From: an uncultured Candidatus Saccharibacteria bacterium
GTDB lineage: Bacteria; Patescibacteriota; Saccharimonadia; Saccharimonadales; Saccharimonadaceae
Direction of reading: 5' to 3'
Length of the DNA stretch: 64,000 bases
NCBI GenBank assembly: GCA_964483955.1
Contig: CAZADM010000001.1
Coordinates: 20,719 to 84,718, forward strand
Of this stretch, positions 45,437 through 54,737 are shown piece by piece. The notes beneath the pieces are model-generated. The model saw only the letters and a program-made list of their open reading frames with translations, did no database searches and was not told the origin of the DNA. The position numbers and the translations under genes were made by a program. The number at the start of each line of letters is the position of its first letter. Positions within the stretch are counted from its first letter, which is position 1.

Positions 45437-45825
45437 TTCTTACTTTTCTTGACGAAGTCATCTTCTTCTTCAAGGATTGCCCGTAGTGTGTACCCTGTAC
45501 ATTGATTGTTTTCCGTACATCCGGTTGGTTCGTAACGGTAATCGCTTTCGCCTTCACCTATGCGGACACCCTGGGGGTCTTTTAGGAGGTCTGGCTGAAG
45601 TGTCGGGAGTGTTTCTGCCGATAATACCCTTGGGTAGGCTGAAGTATCTTTGTAGTAGACGGACTCAAGAGTGTGGTACATGCTGTTAATTGCAGTCTTG
45701 CGTGCATCGTCACGACCTATGGCTGCTACAGTGCTTTTCTGGGTAAAGAAGAGGATGCTTGCAAGAGCAAGAATAGTGACTACGATAAGTATTTCTATAA
45801 CAGTAAATCCGCGTGATAATTTCAT
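45433..45825 (-). CDS. Type IV pilin (prepilin with N-terminal methylation motif)
   Basis: MKLSRG/FTVIEILIVVTILALASILF is a class III signal with G-1 and E+5. A C-terminal disulfide loop is present (CTENNQC). Confidence 0.85.
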   Translation of the reverse strand: MKLSRGFTVIEILIVVTILALASILFFTQKSTVAAIGRDDARKTAINSMYHTLESVYYKDTSAYPRVLSAETLPTLQPDLLKDPQGVRIGEGESDYRYEPTGCTENNQCTGYTLRAILEEEDDFVKKSKN

Positions 45826-45859
45826 CTCCCTATATTATAACAAATTAACTATCCAAGGG

Positions 45860-45865
45860 TATAAT
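45860..45865 (+). promoter_or_regulatory. -10 box TATAAT upstream of recA (with SD AGGAGG at 45880-45885)
   Basis: gggTATAATaagaatatataagAAGGAGGgaagtatATG. Confidence 0.5.
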
Positions 45866-45892
45866 AAGAATATATAAGAAGGAGGGAAGTAT

Positions 45893-46948
45893 ATGGCAAC
45901 TAAGAAAACTGAAACGTCTGATACTACCAAAAAGAAAACGTCCCAACCCAGCGCAGCATCAGAGGCAAAGCTTAAAGCACTCGGTCTTGCACAAGAGCAA
46001 ATTAACAAGCAATTCGGCGATGGTGCTATTCGCCGTCTTGGGGATACAAAAACTGTTGATGTAGAGCTTATTAGCAGCGGTGCATTAAGTCTCGATCTTG
46101 CACTCGGTGGTGGATACCCTAAGGGGCGAATTGTCGAAATCTACGGTCCTGAATCATCAGGAAAGACAACGCTCACACTCCATGCAATTGCTGAAATCCA
46201 ACGTAAGGGCGGTACGGCAGCATTTGTTGATGCAGAGCATGCACTTGATCCAGCGTATGCACGTCGCGTCGGTGTTGATACTGACAGCCTTCTTGTTGCA
46301 CAGCCTGATAACGGCGAACAAGCACTTGAAATTGTAGAGACACTCGTTAGGTCTAACGCTGTTGATCTTGTGGTGGTTGACTCGGTTGCGGCACTTGTAC
46401 CTCAAGCAGAGATTGATGGTGAAATGGGCGATAGCCACATGGGGCTTCAAGCTCGACTCATGAGCCAAGCACTCCGTAAATTGACGGGTATCATCAATAA
46501 GAGTAAGACAATCGTCATCTTTATTAACCAGATTCGCATGAAAATTGGCGTGATGTTTGGTAACCCAGAGACAACAACTGGTGGTAATGCCCTAAAGTTC
46601 TATGCATCTGTCCGTATGGATATTCGTCGTACTGGTCAAATTAAGGCGGGCGAAGAGATAATAGGCAATAGAACTAAAGTCAAGATTGTAAAGAATAAGA
46701 TTGCACCGCCTTTCCGTGTTGCAGAGTTTGATATTATGTACAACCAAGGCATCTCAAAGACGGGCGACGTACTTGACCTCGCAGTACAGCATGGCATTGT
46801 AGGGAAGAGTGGGGCGTGGTTTGATTATAGCGATGCCAAGATTGGACAGGGGCGCGAGGCAGCAAAGCAATATCTTGCTGATCACCCAGAAGTTCTTGAC
46901 GAAGTAGAGTCTAAGGTGCGTGAAAAAGTTGCCACAGAGGACGCGTAA
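45893..46948 (+). CDS. recA: Recombinase RecA
   Basis: [69 protein letters not shown]. Confidence 0.95.
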   Translation: MATKKTETSDTTKKKTSQPSAASEAKLKALGLAQEQINKQFGDGAIRRLGDTKTVDVELISSGALSLDLALGGGYPKGRIVEIYGPESSGKTTLTLHAIAEIQRKGGTAAFVDAEHALDPAYARRVGVDTDSLLVAQPDNGEQALEIVETLVRSNAVDLVVVDSVAALVPQAEIDGEMGDSHMGLQARLMSQALRKLTGIINKSKTIVIFINQIRMKIGVMFGNPETTTGGNALKFYASVRMDIRRTGQIKAGEEIIGNRTKVKIVKNKIAPPFRVAEFDIMYNQGISKTGDVLDLAVQHGIVGKSGAWFDYSDAKIGQGREAAKQYLADHPEVLDEVESKVREKVATEDA

Positions 46949-46972
46949 CCCTCTTGCTATAGGGATGAGCTG

Positions 46973-47611
46973 GTGAAAATCACCGCCCTGAAGCCGCAGA
47001 AGAGTAATAGAGATAGGGTAAATGTCTACATCGACGGCAGTTACCTATTTTCTCTCGATCTTTCGCAGGTAATAAGTCTTGGGGTGAAGACCGGTGTCGA
47101 ATATACCAAGGAAGAGCTGGACGATATTCAAGAAGAGTCTGCCTTTGGTAAGCTCTATGCACGTGCACTTGAATATAGTCTTCTCCGCCCGCACAGTATG
47201 CATGAGTTGAGACAGTATCTTTACCGAAAAACTCGTCCAGTAAGAACAAAGACGGGCAGTATTCGTCCTGGATACTCGGCAGCGGTCGCGGAGCGTGTTT
47301 TTAACAGGGTCGTCGAGCGGGGGTATGTAGATGATACCCACTTCGCCTCCTATTGGATTGAAAATCGGCGTCTCAAGAAGGGTGCAAGCGAGCGCCTTTT
47401 ACGGAGTGAATTATCTGCAAAAGGCGTTGCTCTGGGTATTATCGATGCAGCCCTTCAAGATTCGTCCCGATCCGACCAAGATGAGCTTAAGAAGGTTGTT
47501 GAGCGTAAATGCTCACGATACACCGATAAGCAAAAGTTTATGCAGTACCTTGTGCGACAAGGCTTCTCTTATGATGATGTCAAGGAAGTGCTCTCAACCT
47601 GGGGTGATTGA
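46973..47611 (+). CDS. recX: Recombination regulator RecX
   Basis: It lies immediately downstream of recA, with a GTG start. VNVYIDGSYLFSL....ALEYSLLRPHSMHELRQYL and a three-repeat helical layout. Confidence 0.75.
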   Translation: MKITALKPQKSNRDRVNVYIDGSYLFSLDLSQVISLGVKTGVEYTKEELDDIQEESAFGKLYARALEYSLLRPHSMHELRQYLYRKTRPVRTKTGSIRPGYSAAVAERVFNRVVERGYVDDTHFASYWIENRRLKKGASERLLRSELSAKGVALGIIDAALQDSSRSDQDELKKVVERKCSRYTDKQKFMQYLVRQGFSYDDVKEVLSTWGD

Positions 47612-48159
47612 GCGGGTGGCCGGAACGGATTGACGAAGCTTCCTCTTTCGGCAGCAGAGAGTGGCTCTGTTGTATGCTGAGAAGCGGATTTGACCGTTAT
47701 GACAGAGTCGTCTACTGAAACTATCTGAGATTTGTGTATGAGCGAACCTGTGTCGGTGATACTTCTGAGAAAACCTTGTTTAACGGCTATTTGTTGGATT
47801 TCAAAGGTTTGTGTATCAAGTGTATAGTCAATCACCTTGCCGAGTTTTTTGCCATCGATAGTTTGAACCTGCATACCCAGGAGTCGAAACTTTAAATCCC
47901 TAATTTTTTCAAGTGCAACAACATCACCAGCTGCAACAAGCTCATCGGCGGCATCTATTACGACACCAATTTGACTCACATCCCGAATATCGGCGCTGAG
48001 CAAGAAAAGAGTATCTGGTGTGCTGGGTATTTTGACGCCATAGGCGATTATCTTAAATGAGTAGGGGTTGATTATTGGCTCTTCAAGAACCCCGATGCGA
48101 CCGCCGGTGTGTATGCTTAGTATCGCTGAGCCTGTTATGCTTGAGCCGTTCGCTAGCAT
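47569..48159 (-). CDS. Tandem PRC-barrel-like protein, last gene of the pilus operon
   Basis: Two beta-barrel-like halves (GRIGVLEEPIINPYSFKIIAY.. and GKKLGKVIDYTLDTQTFEIQQIAV..). It is co-oriented 3 nt after the upstream gene. The 3' end overlaps the recX 3' end by 43 nt. Confidence 0.5.
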   Translation of the reverse strand: MLANGSSITGSAILSIHTGGRIGVLEEPIINPYSFKIIAYGVKIPSTPDTLFLLSADIRDVSQIGVVIDAADELVAAGDVVALEKIRDLKFRLLGMQVQTIDGKKLGKVIDYTLDTQTFEIQQIAVKQGFLRSITDTGSLIHKSQIVSVDDSVITVKSASQHTTEPLSAAERGSFVNPFRPPAQSPQVESTSLTSS

Positions 48160-48162
48160 ATT

Positions 48163-48453
48163 CTACTCCGCCTTGAACGGATTGAACCTTCCGCTAGGGA
48201 GGGGCGGGGCTTCGCTTACACTATCGCTTTGATGGAGTGGTTGAAGAATTGAACTCGCTGCTGCTGCCGATGGATCGACTTGTGTCTGCGTGGAAGTGGC
48301 TGGGTCATCTGATTCTGGTGGGTTGAATATAGCATTATTAATAAGTAGCACAACACACGCAAGAATAGCCGCAATAAAGATAATAAATACCGTAAGGTGG
48401 TATCGTTTAAATAGTGCAACGGCACCTCTCTTTGATAGTTGGGTGTCTTTCAT
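48163..48453 (-). CDS. Small single-pass membrane protein in the pilus operon
   Basis: TM is LTVFIIFIAAILACVVLLI, followed by a Pro/Ser-rich tail. It is tightly packed in the operon. Confidence 0.5.
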   Translation of the reverse strand: MKDTQLSKRGAVALFKRYHLTVFIIFIAAILACVVLLINNAIFNPPESDDPATSTQTQVDPSAAAASSILQPLHQSDSVSEAPPLPSGRFNPFKAE

Positions 48454-48467
48454 ATAAATAAACTCCT

Positions 48468-48998
48468 TTATCTCACTGCAACGCCAATGACGAGCGTCTT
48501 AACGGCAATAGAATTACCCGTCGGTGAATTACTGGTGTTTGTGAGCGAAATGGATTGCACTGACATTCGTGGTAAATTCTTTTCAATAGATGTCATGAAC
48601 TGGAGCAGGTTATTGTACGAAGGGGTATTTGACACCTTCACTGACAGGGCCTGCATACTCTGCGTTGACTGAGCCTGGTCTGTAGTGATACTTGTAATTG
48701 TTACACCAGTAAGTTGTGCATATGTGCGAATGTCTTTTTCGGCTTGTGCCTGAGCTGTCGCGAGGGGTGCAAAATATAGAGATGCCTTCGTAAGTGCTGT
48801 TGTATCAAGTGTTGTAGAGCCCTCTGCTGGCGTTGATAGGTTTGCGGCGATGAGCTTCTGATTAACGGTCTTTGCGTAGGGCGGCAGGTCTCTATAGGCG
48901 AAGAATAAGAGCACGCCAATCCCAGCGATAACCGCAAAAAGCATAAAGCCGAAGAATCGAGAGAGTGATGTTACGGCTGAAGTTTTTTTCTGTTTCAT
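48468..48998 (-). CDS. pilO: PilO-like pilus assembly protein (assigned by position and topology)
   Basis: One N-terminal TM plus an extracytoplasmic domain. It overlaps the pilN stop by 4 nt. Confidence 0.5.
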   Translation of the reverse strand: MKQKKTSAVTSLSRFFGFMLFAVIAGIGVLLFFAYRDLPPYAKTVNQKLIAANLSTPAEGSTTLDTTALTKASLYFAPLATAQAQAEKDIRTYAQLTGVTITSITTDQAQSTQSMQALSVKVSNTPSYNNLLQFMTSIEKNLPRMSVQSISLTNTSNSPTGNSIAVKTLVIGVAVR

Positions 48999-49561
48999 GG
49001 AAGAGCACTCCCTCTAGTTTGGTTATTGCTTATTGTGGCTGATAGGGTAATTTTTACAGGGTGTTGTTGTACGTCTTTTGACCCACTGTCTGTGGAAGTT
49101 GTACTTACTGCCGTAAATATACCTGATGACTCGAGGGCCGTCTTGATAGTCTCTGCTTGACTTTCTTGTTTTGCATACGTAGTGATAGAGAGTGGCCCGC
49201 CTTGAAGTTGCTGTGGGGTGATTTCAATACTTTTTATCACGACATCAGTTGGGAGAGCCTGGGCTAATGATGTCAGAATGGCTGACATTGCAGTAGTTTG
49301 TGTTTGCTGGGAGGACGCAATGTTTGCCAGTAGTGCCGCGGTATCACCCTGTCCTTCGGTAGTAGTACTCTGGGTGACTGCAAGTTGTTTGTCTGCACTT
49401 TCCTCGCTGAGCTTGAGCGACTGTTGTGAAACGTAAAGTGCAGTGCTAATGAATAAGAGTGCGACAAAAAGAACGCCAATATACCGGGCAAGTATAGTAT
49501 TGGATCGAGCTGCTCGAATTTCCGACTTTTTTTCTGTAGGAAGGAGATTTATCATTTCCAA
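48995..49561 (-). CDS. pilN: PilN-like pilus assembly protein
   Basis: N-terminal MINLLPTEKK (the INLLP hallmark) and one TM (YIGVLFVALLFISTALYV). It follows pilM. Confidence 0.7.
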   Translation of the reverse strand: MEMINLLPTEKKSEIRAARSNTILARYIGVLFVALLFISTALYVSQQSLKLSEESADKQLAVTQSTTTEGQGDTAALLANIASSQQTQTTAMSAILTSLAQALPTDVVIKSIEITPQQLQGGPLSITTYAKQESQAETIKTALESSGIFTAVSTTSTDSGSKDVQQHPVKITLSATISNNQTRGSALP

Positions 49562-50610
49562 ATTGCTCCTGGTGAAACGCTTGCCGCACCCGCTGCTGTG
49601 ATGTATCGAGGACGAAGTTGTTTCGGAGGTTCTTCAATAGACCCGAAGTCAAGCTTCTGCCAGGGACTTGCAACGCGTGCTGCGATAATGATATTTTCGG
49701 TAAAATAATCACCTATGCCGGGCATATTACTTCCACTTCCCACGATCAGTAGCTGTTCGAGTTTTCGTTCGGTGTCAACGCGCTCTGTGTAGTATCGCAT
49801 CACCTTCTTTACCTCTGTAATGATTGCGTCAAGGCTTGGCTTCACTGCCTCTCTGATTCTCTGTTGACGAGGACCCGCGGTAAGCCCATTGAGTACCTTG
49901 AGTTGATGGGCATTTTCCAGGGATATGTTCATCTTTTTGGCGATATCGAGCGTGAATGTATTGCCCCCTATGGCAGTGCCGCTTGTCACGCGAACCGAAC
50001 CCTTGTCGAGAATGGCGATATCTGTTGTTGTTGGTCCGATATCAACAATAACCGTAGGGAGTGTGCCGTCTTCTGTGGCCGTAAGGACCCTGGCTACGGA
50101 GTTGATGCTTGGCTCGATGAGTGTCGGAAAGAGCTTTGCACGTTCAATGCTGTTTGTGATATTGTCTATGACTACCCTGGACATGGCACTCATGAGAACT
50201 GTGATGGTTTTGTTTTTTCGCTCAATAATTTGATAGTCGATATAGAGCGTTGAGATGGGCACTGGTATATACTGCTCTGCCTCTAACGATACGGCTTCGT
50301 CTAGTGATTTCTCTGCTGAATCTGGAAGGGTGAAGGTACGAGTGTAGCTTCTGGCGGTAGGGACGGCAACGGCAACTCGTGTGCCACTTATAGTGCCAAC
50401 GATACTTTTTGACATCAGTTCTTTGAGTGTATCGGCGAGAAAGGTGCTAGAGCTGTTTTCAAGCGATTCTCGCATCTTTTTTGGATCCACGTCAACTGAC
50501 CCGTATCCATTTACGAGCCATTTTCTTCCATCAACTGACATCACCTTTATACCAGAATGACTGATATCAAGGCCGATGAGTGGTGTATCCTTGTAGAAAA
50601 ATTTTGACAT
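49552..50610 (-). CDS. pilM: PilM, actin-like ATPase of the type IV pilus alignment complex
   Basis: IGLDISHSGIKVM, VIVDIGPTTTDIAI, GGNTFT, LLIVGSGSNMPGI. Confidence 0.85.
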   Translation of the reverse strand: MSKFFYKDTPLIGLDISHSGIKVMSVDGRKWLVNGYGSVDVDPKKMRESLENSSSTFLADTLKELMSKSIVGTISGTRVAVAVPTARSYTRTFTLPDSAEKSLDEAVSLEAEQYIPVPISTLYIDYQIIERKNKTITVLMSAMSRVVIDNITNSIERAKLFPTLIEPSINSVARVLTATEDGTLPTVIVDIGPTTTDIAILDKGSVRVTSGTAIGGNTFTLDIAKKMNISLENAHQLKVLNGLTAGPRQQRIREAVKPSLDAIITEVKKVMRYYTERVDTERKLEQLLIVGSGSNMPGIGDYFTENIIIAARVASPWQKLDFGSIEEPPKQLRPRYITAAGAASVSPGAIWK

Positions 50611-50667
50611 GTGCCCACTTATAATTACTTTATTCTATTATAGCATGAGCGGTATACCGAAAGAAGT

Positions 50668-51897
50668 CTATTTGATGTTCTGAGAAAGCTGTGCAATTGG
50701 TAGCATGACACTTGCAGCAATAAGGCCGACGGCACCACCCATAAAGACGATCATCGCAGGTTCGATGATAGAGCTTAGTCCGTCAACGGCAAGGTCAACC
50801 TCTTCTTCGTAGAAGTCGGCGACCTTGACAAGAACGGTATCAATTTGCCCTGTTTCTTCGCCGACGGCAAGCATCTGTGCAACGATTGAGGGGAACCTGT
50901 CGTCCTGCTCGATTGCAGATGACAGTTGGCCGCCGTTCTTTACCATTTCTCCGGCCTTCACGAGACTTTCCTCGAAAAGTGCATTTCCTACGGCGCGCGA
51001 AGTAATTGCAATTGCCTCAAGTACAGCAACACCCGCACCCATAAGTGCAGAGAATGTTCGTGCAAAGCGTGCAACAGCTAACTTTCGTACAAGTGTACTG
51101 ATAACGGGTATCTTCAGTAGAAGTGCATGAAACTTATATCGCCCCTTGGGTGTGTGAACGTACCAGACGACACCAAGGATGGCGGCGGCGATTACTGGTA
51201 TGATGATGAACCAGTATCCAGTAATGAATCCACTCAATCCAAGCATGAAGACCGTAATGCCTGGAAGCTTCGCATCGGGGCCGCCAAGATCCGTAAGGAT
51301 GGTGCTGATCTGCGGGACTACGAAGATCATAAGACCAAAGAAGGCGAGGATAGCGATGCCAATAAGGACGGTAGGGTAGGTCATTGCACTGCGTATTTTT
51401 TTTCGCATCGCCGCACTTTTTTCAAGTTGCTCTGCAAGACGGTGGAGGATATCATCAAGAATACCCGCAGACTCACCAGCACGAATCATATTAACGTAGA
51501 TATCGTTAAACGTGCTTGGATGCTTTTCAAGTGCATCTCCCAGTGACGCACCGCCCTCGATGTCTTTGGTTACCTGAGAGAGTATCTGTTTTAGTGCTTT
51601 GTCATCGGCGTATTTTTCTATGGATGTGATAGAGCGAAGGAGCGGAACGCCGGCACCTACCATGGCACTGAGTTGCCGGGTGAAGGATACAAGGCTTGCG
51701 TGCTTTACTCGCGAGTTATTGAAGAGTCTATCTAGTGACAGCGAACTTGTTTTTGCGTCCTTGAGTTGCTTTATGCTGATAGGCCGGAGTCCTTGCTTAG
51801 TGAGGGCTTCAATAACACTTGCCCTGTCTGGCAGTTCGGTCTTCCCCTTGATGGTGTTATTATTTCCATCGGCAGCAATATATGAGAAAAATGACAT
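50668..51897 (-). CDS. pilC: PilC / GspF-family platform protein
   Basis: Two T2SS-F repeats (FTRQLSAMVGAGVPLLRSI ; FARTFSALMGAGVAVLEAI) and 3-4 TM helices. Confidence 0.9.
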   Translation of the reverse strand: MSFFSYIAADGNNNTIKGKTELPDRASVIEALTKQGLRPISIKQLKDAKTSSLSLDRLFNNSRVKHASLVSFTRQLSAMVGAGVPLLRSITSIEKYADDKALKQILSQVTKDIEGGASLGDALEKHPSTFNDIYVNMIRAGESAGILDDILHRLAEQLEKSAAMRKKIRSAMTYPTVLIGIAILAFFGLMIFVVPQISTILTDLGGPDAKLPGITVFMLGLSGFITGYWFIIIPVIAAAILGVVWYVHTPKGRYKFHALLLKIPVISTLVRKLAVARFARTFSALMGAGVAVLEAIAITSRAVGNALFEESLVKAGEMVKNGGQLSSAIEQDDRFPSIVAQMLAVGEETGQIDTVLVKVADFYEEEVDLAVDGLSSIIEPAMIVFMGGAVGLIAASVMLPIAQLSQNIK

Positions 51898-51903
51898 ACT
51901 GGG

Positions 51904-53688
51904 CTACTCCCTGTTTACCCTTACAACTTCTTCGATGGTGGTTTCACCTCTGAGTGCCTTGATAAGTCCGTCGATACGCATACTTACCATACCCTCTCTC
52001 AGTGCCTGTGCGTGAATTTGATCGCTTGTTGCCTGTGCCATAATGAGATCTTTGATGGCGGTCGAGCTGGTGAGTACTTCGTAAATACCAATACGACCCC
52101 TGTAGCCTTCTTGGACTTCATCTGTGTTGAATGTCGCATCAGCCTTCCAGAGGTGGAGAATATCTGTCTCACTTGTGCTGAGTGGTGTGTCGCCGCCAAG
52201 TTCCTGTTCGGCTGCCCGTTTCTCTAGTGCGTGAAGTACCCTGTAGCTATCGGGGCTATCTTTTAGGCCAAACATTTTCAGGATAGACAGTTTCTCTTCG
52301 TTTGACGGTGTGTAACTTTGTCGCGAATCTTTATGAAGTCGTCGCACGAGTCGCTGTCCAACAACCGCACGAACGGTACTGGCAATGAGGAAGGGCTCGA
52401 CGCTCATGTCGAGGAGACGGGGAAGGGCTGTCGCTGCATTATTTGTGTGCAGTGTGCTAAATACCATGTGCCCAGTAAGTGCAGCTTGAATAGCAAGGTT
52501 AGCAGTTTCACTATCTCGAACCTCACCAACCATGATGATGTTTGGGTCTTGACGAAGGAGCGCCCTGAGTCCATTTGCAAATGTCATGCCCGCCTTCGGG
52601 TTAGTTTGCGTTTGGTTTACTCCTACAATCTTATACTCAACCGGGTCTTCTACGGTTGAAATGTTAACGTTAGGCCTGTTGAGCATTGTCAGGATGCTGA
52701 AGAGACTGGTTGATTTACCAGAACCTGTTGGTCCAGTGACAAGGACAATGCCGTTTGGCTGGTGCATTTCGCGGGTAATATCTTCTAGTGATCGACCCCA
52801 GTAGCCAAGCTCTTTAAGGCTGATGGCTTGGTTTGATTCGTCAAGAATACGCATGACAATTTTTTCGCCGTCGACAATTGGGAGTGTGCTGACACGAAGT
52901 GCATACTGCCGTCCACCGACATTGATTTTGAACCGTCCATCTTGCGGCACACGACGCTCGTCAATTTTAAGATTTGCAAGAATTTTTACGCGACTTGTGA
53001 GTGCCCCGACAACGTTCTTTGGAAGCCGGTTTACTTCTTTAAGGACGCCGTCAATACGGTAACGTACCTGAATGCCATCTTCCCTAGGTTCGATATGAAC
53101 GTCGCTGGCATGCGAGCGGACGGCATACTCTAGAAGGAGGTTGACAGTTTGTGCGATTGGCGAATCTTCGGCGATATCTTTTTCGGCAATAACTTCAACG
53201 CCATCACCCTGCTCTCGCTGGATATCGATAACTTCATCAAGCTCTTTTGTGACATCTCCGCGGTACATATCAAGTATCGAGAGAATATTATCCTTGCTTG
53301 CAATGTAAATCTTTGAGTTTGTGCCCGTTTCTTTTTGAATGAAGTTAATAGCCTGAACGTCATCAGGGTCTTCCATGGCGATGTGGTGAACGCCAGCTTC
53401 ATCTACCTTGAAGAGCACCGCCATGTACTGACGTGCGACACGTTCTGGGATTGTTTTCAGGACATCACTAGGGACAGAGGCGGGGTCTATCTCTATGAGC
53501 GGAATGCCCGTGTATTCTGAATATTGTTCAAGAAGTGTCTTTTCCGAGGCAATACGTTGATCGGTGACGATTTCAAGTAAAGAGCGTTTTGAACGGACAG
53601 CCTCTTCTTTGAGGCTTGCTAACTGCTTAGGAGTTACAAGTTTTGCCCGCCCAAGCACCGTTTCCAGGGTAGTATCGGAAATGCGCAT
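51904..53688 (-). CDS. pilB: PilB / GspE-family assembly ATPase
   Basis: Walker A GPTGSGKSTSL, Asp box EDPVEY, Walker B IMVGEVRD, His box TGHMVFSTLHTN, and an N-terminal GSPII_E_N-like domain. Confidence 0.92.
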   Translation of the reverse strand: MRISDTTLETVLGRAKLVTPKQLASLKEEAVRSKRSLLEIVTDQRIASEKTLLEQYSEYTGIPLIEIDPASVPSDVLKTIPERVARQYMAVLFKVDEAGVHHIAMEDPDDVQAINFIQKETGTNSKIYIASKDNILSILDMYRGDVTKELDEVIDIQREQGDGVEVIAEKDIAEDSPIAQTVNLLLEYAVRSHASDVHIEPREDGIQVRYRIDGVLKEVNRLPKNVVGALTSRVKILANLKIDERRVPQDGRFKINVGGRQYALRVSTLPIVDGEKIVMRILDESNQAISLKELGYWGRSLEDITREMHQPNGIVLVTGPTGSGKSTSLFSILTMLNRPNVNISTVEDPVEYKIVGVNQTQTNPKAGMTFANGLRALLRQDPNIIMVGEVRDSETANLAIQAALTGHMVFSTLHTNNAATALPRLLDMSVEPFLIASTVRAVVGQRLVRRLHKDSRQSYTPSNEEKLSILKMFGLKDSPDSYRVLHALEKRAAEQELGGDTPLSTSETDILHLWKADATFNTDEVQEGYRGRIGIYEVLTSSTAIKDLIMAQATSDQIHAQALREGMVSMRIDGLIKALRGETTIEEVVRVNRE

Positions 53689-53743
53689 AATGGTTACGTC
53701 TATTGTATATGATGTTAATTGAAAACACTAGTCCTGATGATGG

Positions 53744-53749
53744 TATAAT
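53744..53749 (+). promoter_or_regulatory. Extended -10 promoter (TGGTATAAT) 7 nt upstream of the tsaE ATG (candidate leaderless)
   Basis: gaTGGTATAATaaagactATG. Confidence 0.5.
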
Positions 53750-53756
53750 AAAGACT

Positions 53757-54194
53757 ATGATTATAGAGGTCGTCGGTGAAGAGGCTATGAAGCAATTTGC
53801 GCACAGCATTGGTGCACAGCTTCGTGGTGGTGAAACACTAGAACTTATTGGTGATATAGGTGCCGGTAAGACGACATTCACAAAAGGCCTTGCTGCCGGG
53901 CTTGGCGTGCAGGATGACGTTCAGAGCCCGAGCTTCACTATTAGTAGGGTATATGACGGACGTGATGGTATGCAGCTGGTGCATTATGATTTTTATCGTC
54001 TTGACGACCCCGGTATTGTTGCCGCAGAGGTTGCAGAGTTTTCTCGCGACCCAAAGACAGTAACAGTTATTGAGTGGGCGGATACTGTACGTGGGGTACT
54101 TCCTGATGACCGCATGCGTGTTACATTATCTTCGCCTACCGACGCCTCGCGTACAATTGAAATTACAGGACTTCCGAAGGGTATATCGTTATGA
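53757..54194 (+). CDS. tsaE: tRNA t6A37 biosynthesis ATPase TsaE
   Basis: LIGDIGAGKTTFTKGL, SPSFTI, HYDFYRL, VIEWAD. The start is set at MIIEVVG (53757). Confidence 0.85.
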   Translation: MIIEVVGEEAMKQFAHSIGAQLRGGETLELIGDIGAGKTTFTKGLAAGLGVQDDVQSPSFTISRVYDGRDGMQLVHYDFYRLDDPGIVAAEVAEFSRDPKTVTVIEWADTVRGVLPDDRMRVTLSSPTDASRTIEITGLPKGISL

Positions 54195-54577
54195 TTCTTT
54201 TCATCAACACGTCAACACCAGTGTGCACACTTTTCATACAACACGAAGGCCAGCTCCATGAGTTTTCTTGGGAATCTGGTCGTAGTCTGGCGGCAGGCCT
54301 TCTTGGGTTTATTCAAAAAACACTTGCCGGATTTAATGCTCAATGGTCTGATATTTGCGGGATAGTGGTCTTTAGGGGTCCTGGAAGTTTCACTGGGTTG
54401 CGTATTGGTATTTCCGTCGCGAATGCAACTGCGTCTAATCAACACATACCTATTGTTGGGGTGGTGGGTGATGAATGGGTTGCCCAGGGGATTGAACGGC
54501 TTGCTCGGCAAGAGGACGATAAGATCGTTCTTCCCGAGTATGGTGCAGAAGCACACATTACAACGCCGAGAAAATAG
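54191..54577 (+). CDS. tsaB: TsaB-like protein, N-terminal half only (128 aa)
   Basis: ILFINTSTPVCTL..., GPGSFTGLRIGISVANA. It overlaps the tsaE stop (ATGA) and is about half the usual TsaB length. Confidence 0.75.
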   Translation: MILFINTSTPVCTLFIQHEGQLHEFSWESGRSLAAGLLGFIQKTLAGFNAQWSDICGIVVFRGPGSFTGLRIGISVANATASNQHIPIVGVVGDEWVAQGIERLARQEDDKIVLPEYGAEAHITTPRK

Positions 54578-54737
54578 ACTTGTCAATACTGTCTTAAGAG
54601 GGCTACAATAAGAGGTAGGTCCATCGTTATCATAACTGTGCGGTGGATTTTCTGATATTTTTTGAACATTTAGGTGCATTTTGATACTTAAAGACAAGCC
54701 AGATACTTGTCTTGGTGCAACTAAGGAAGGACATTTT

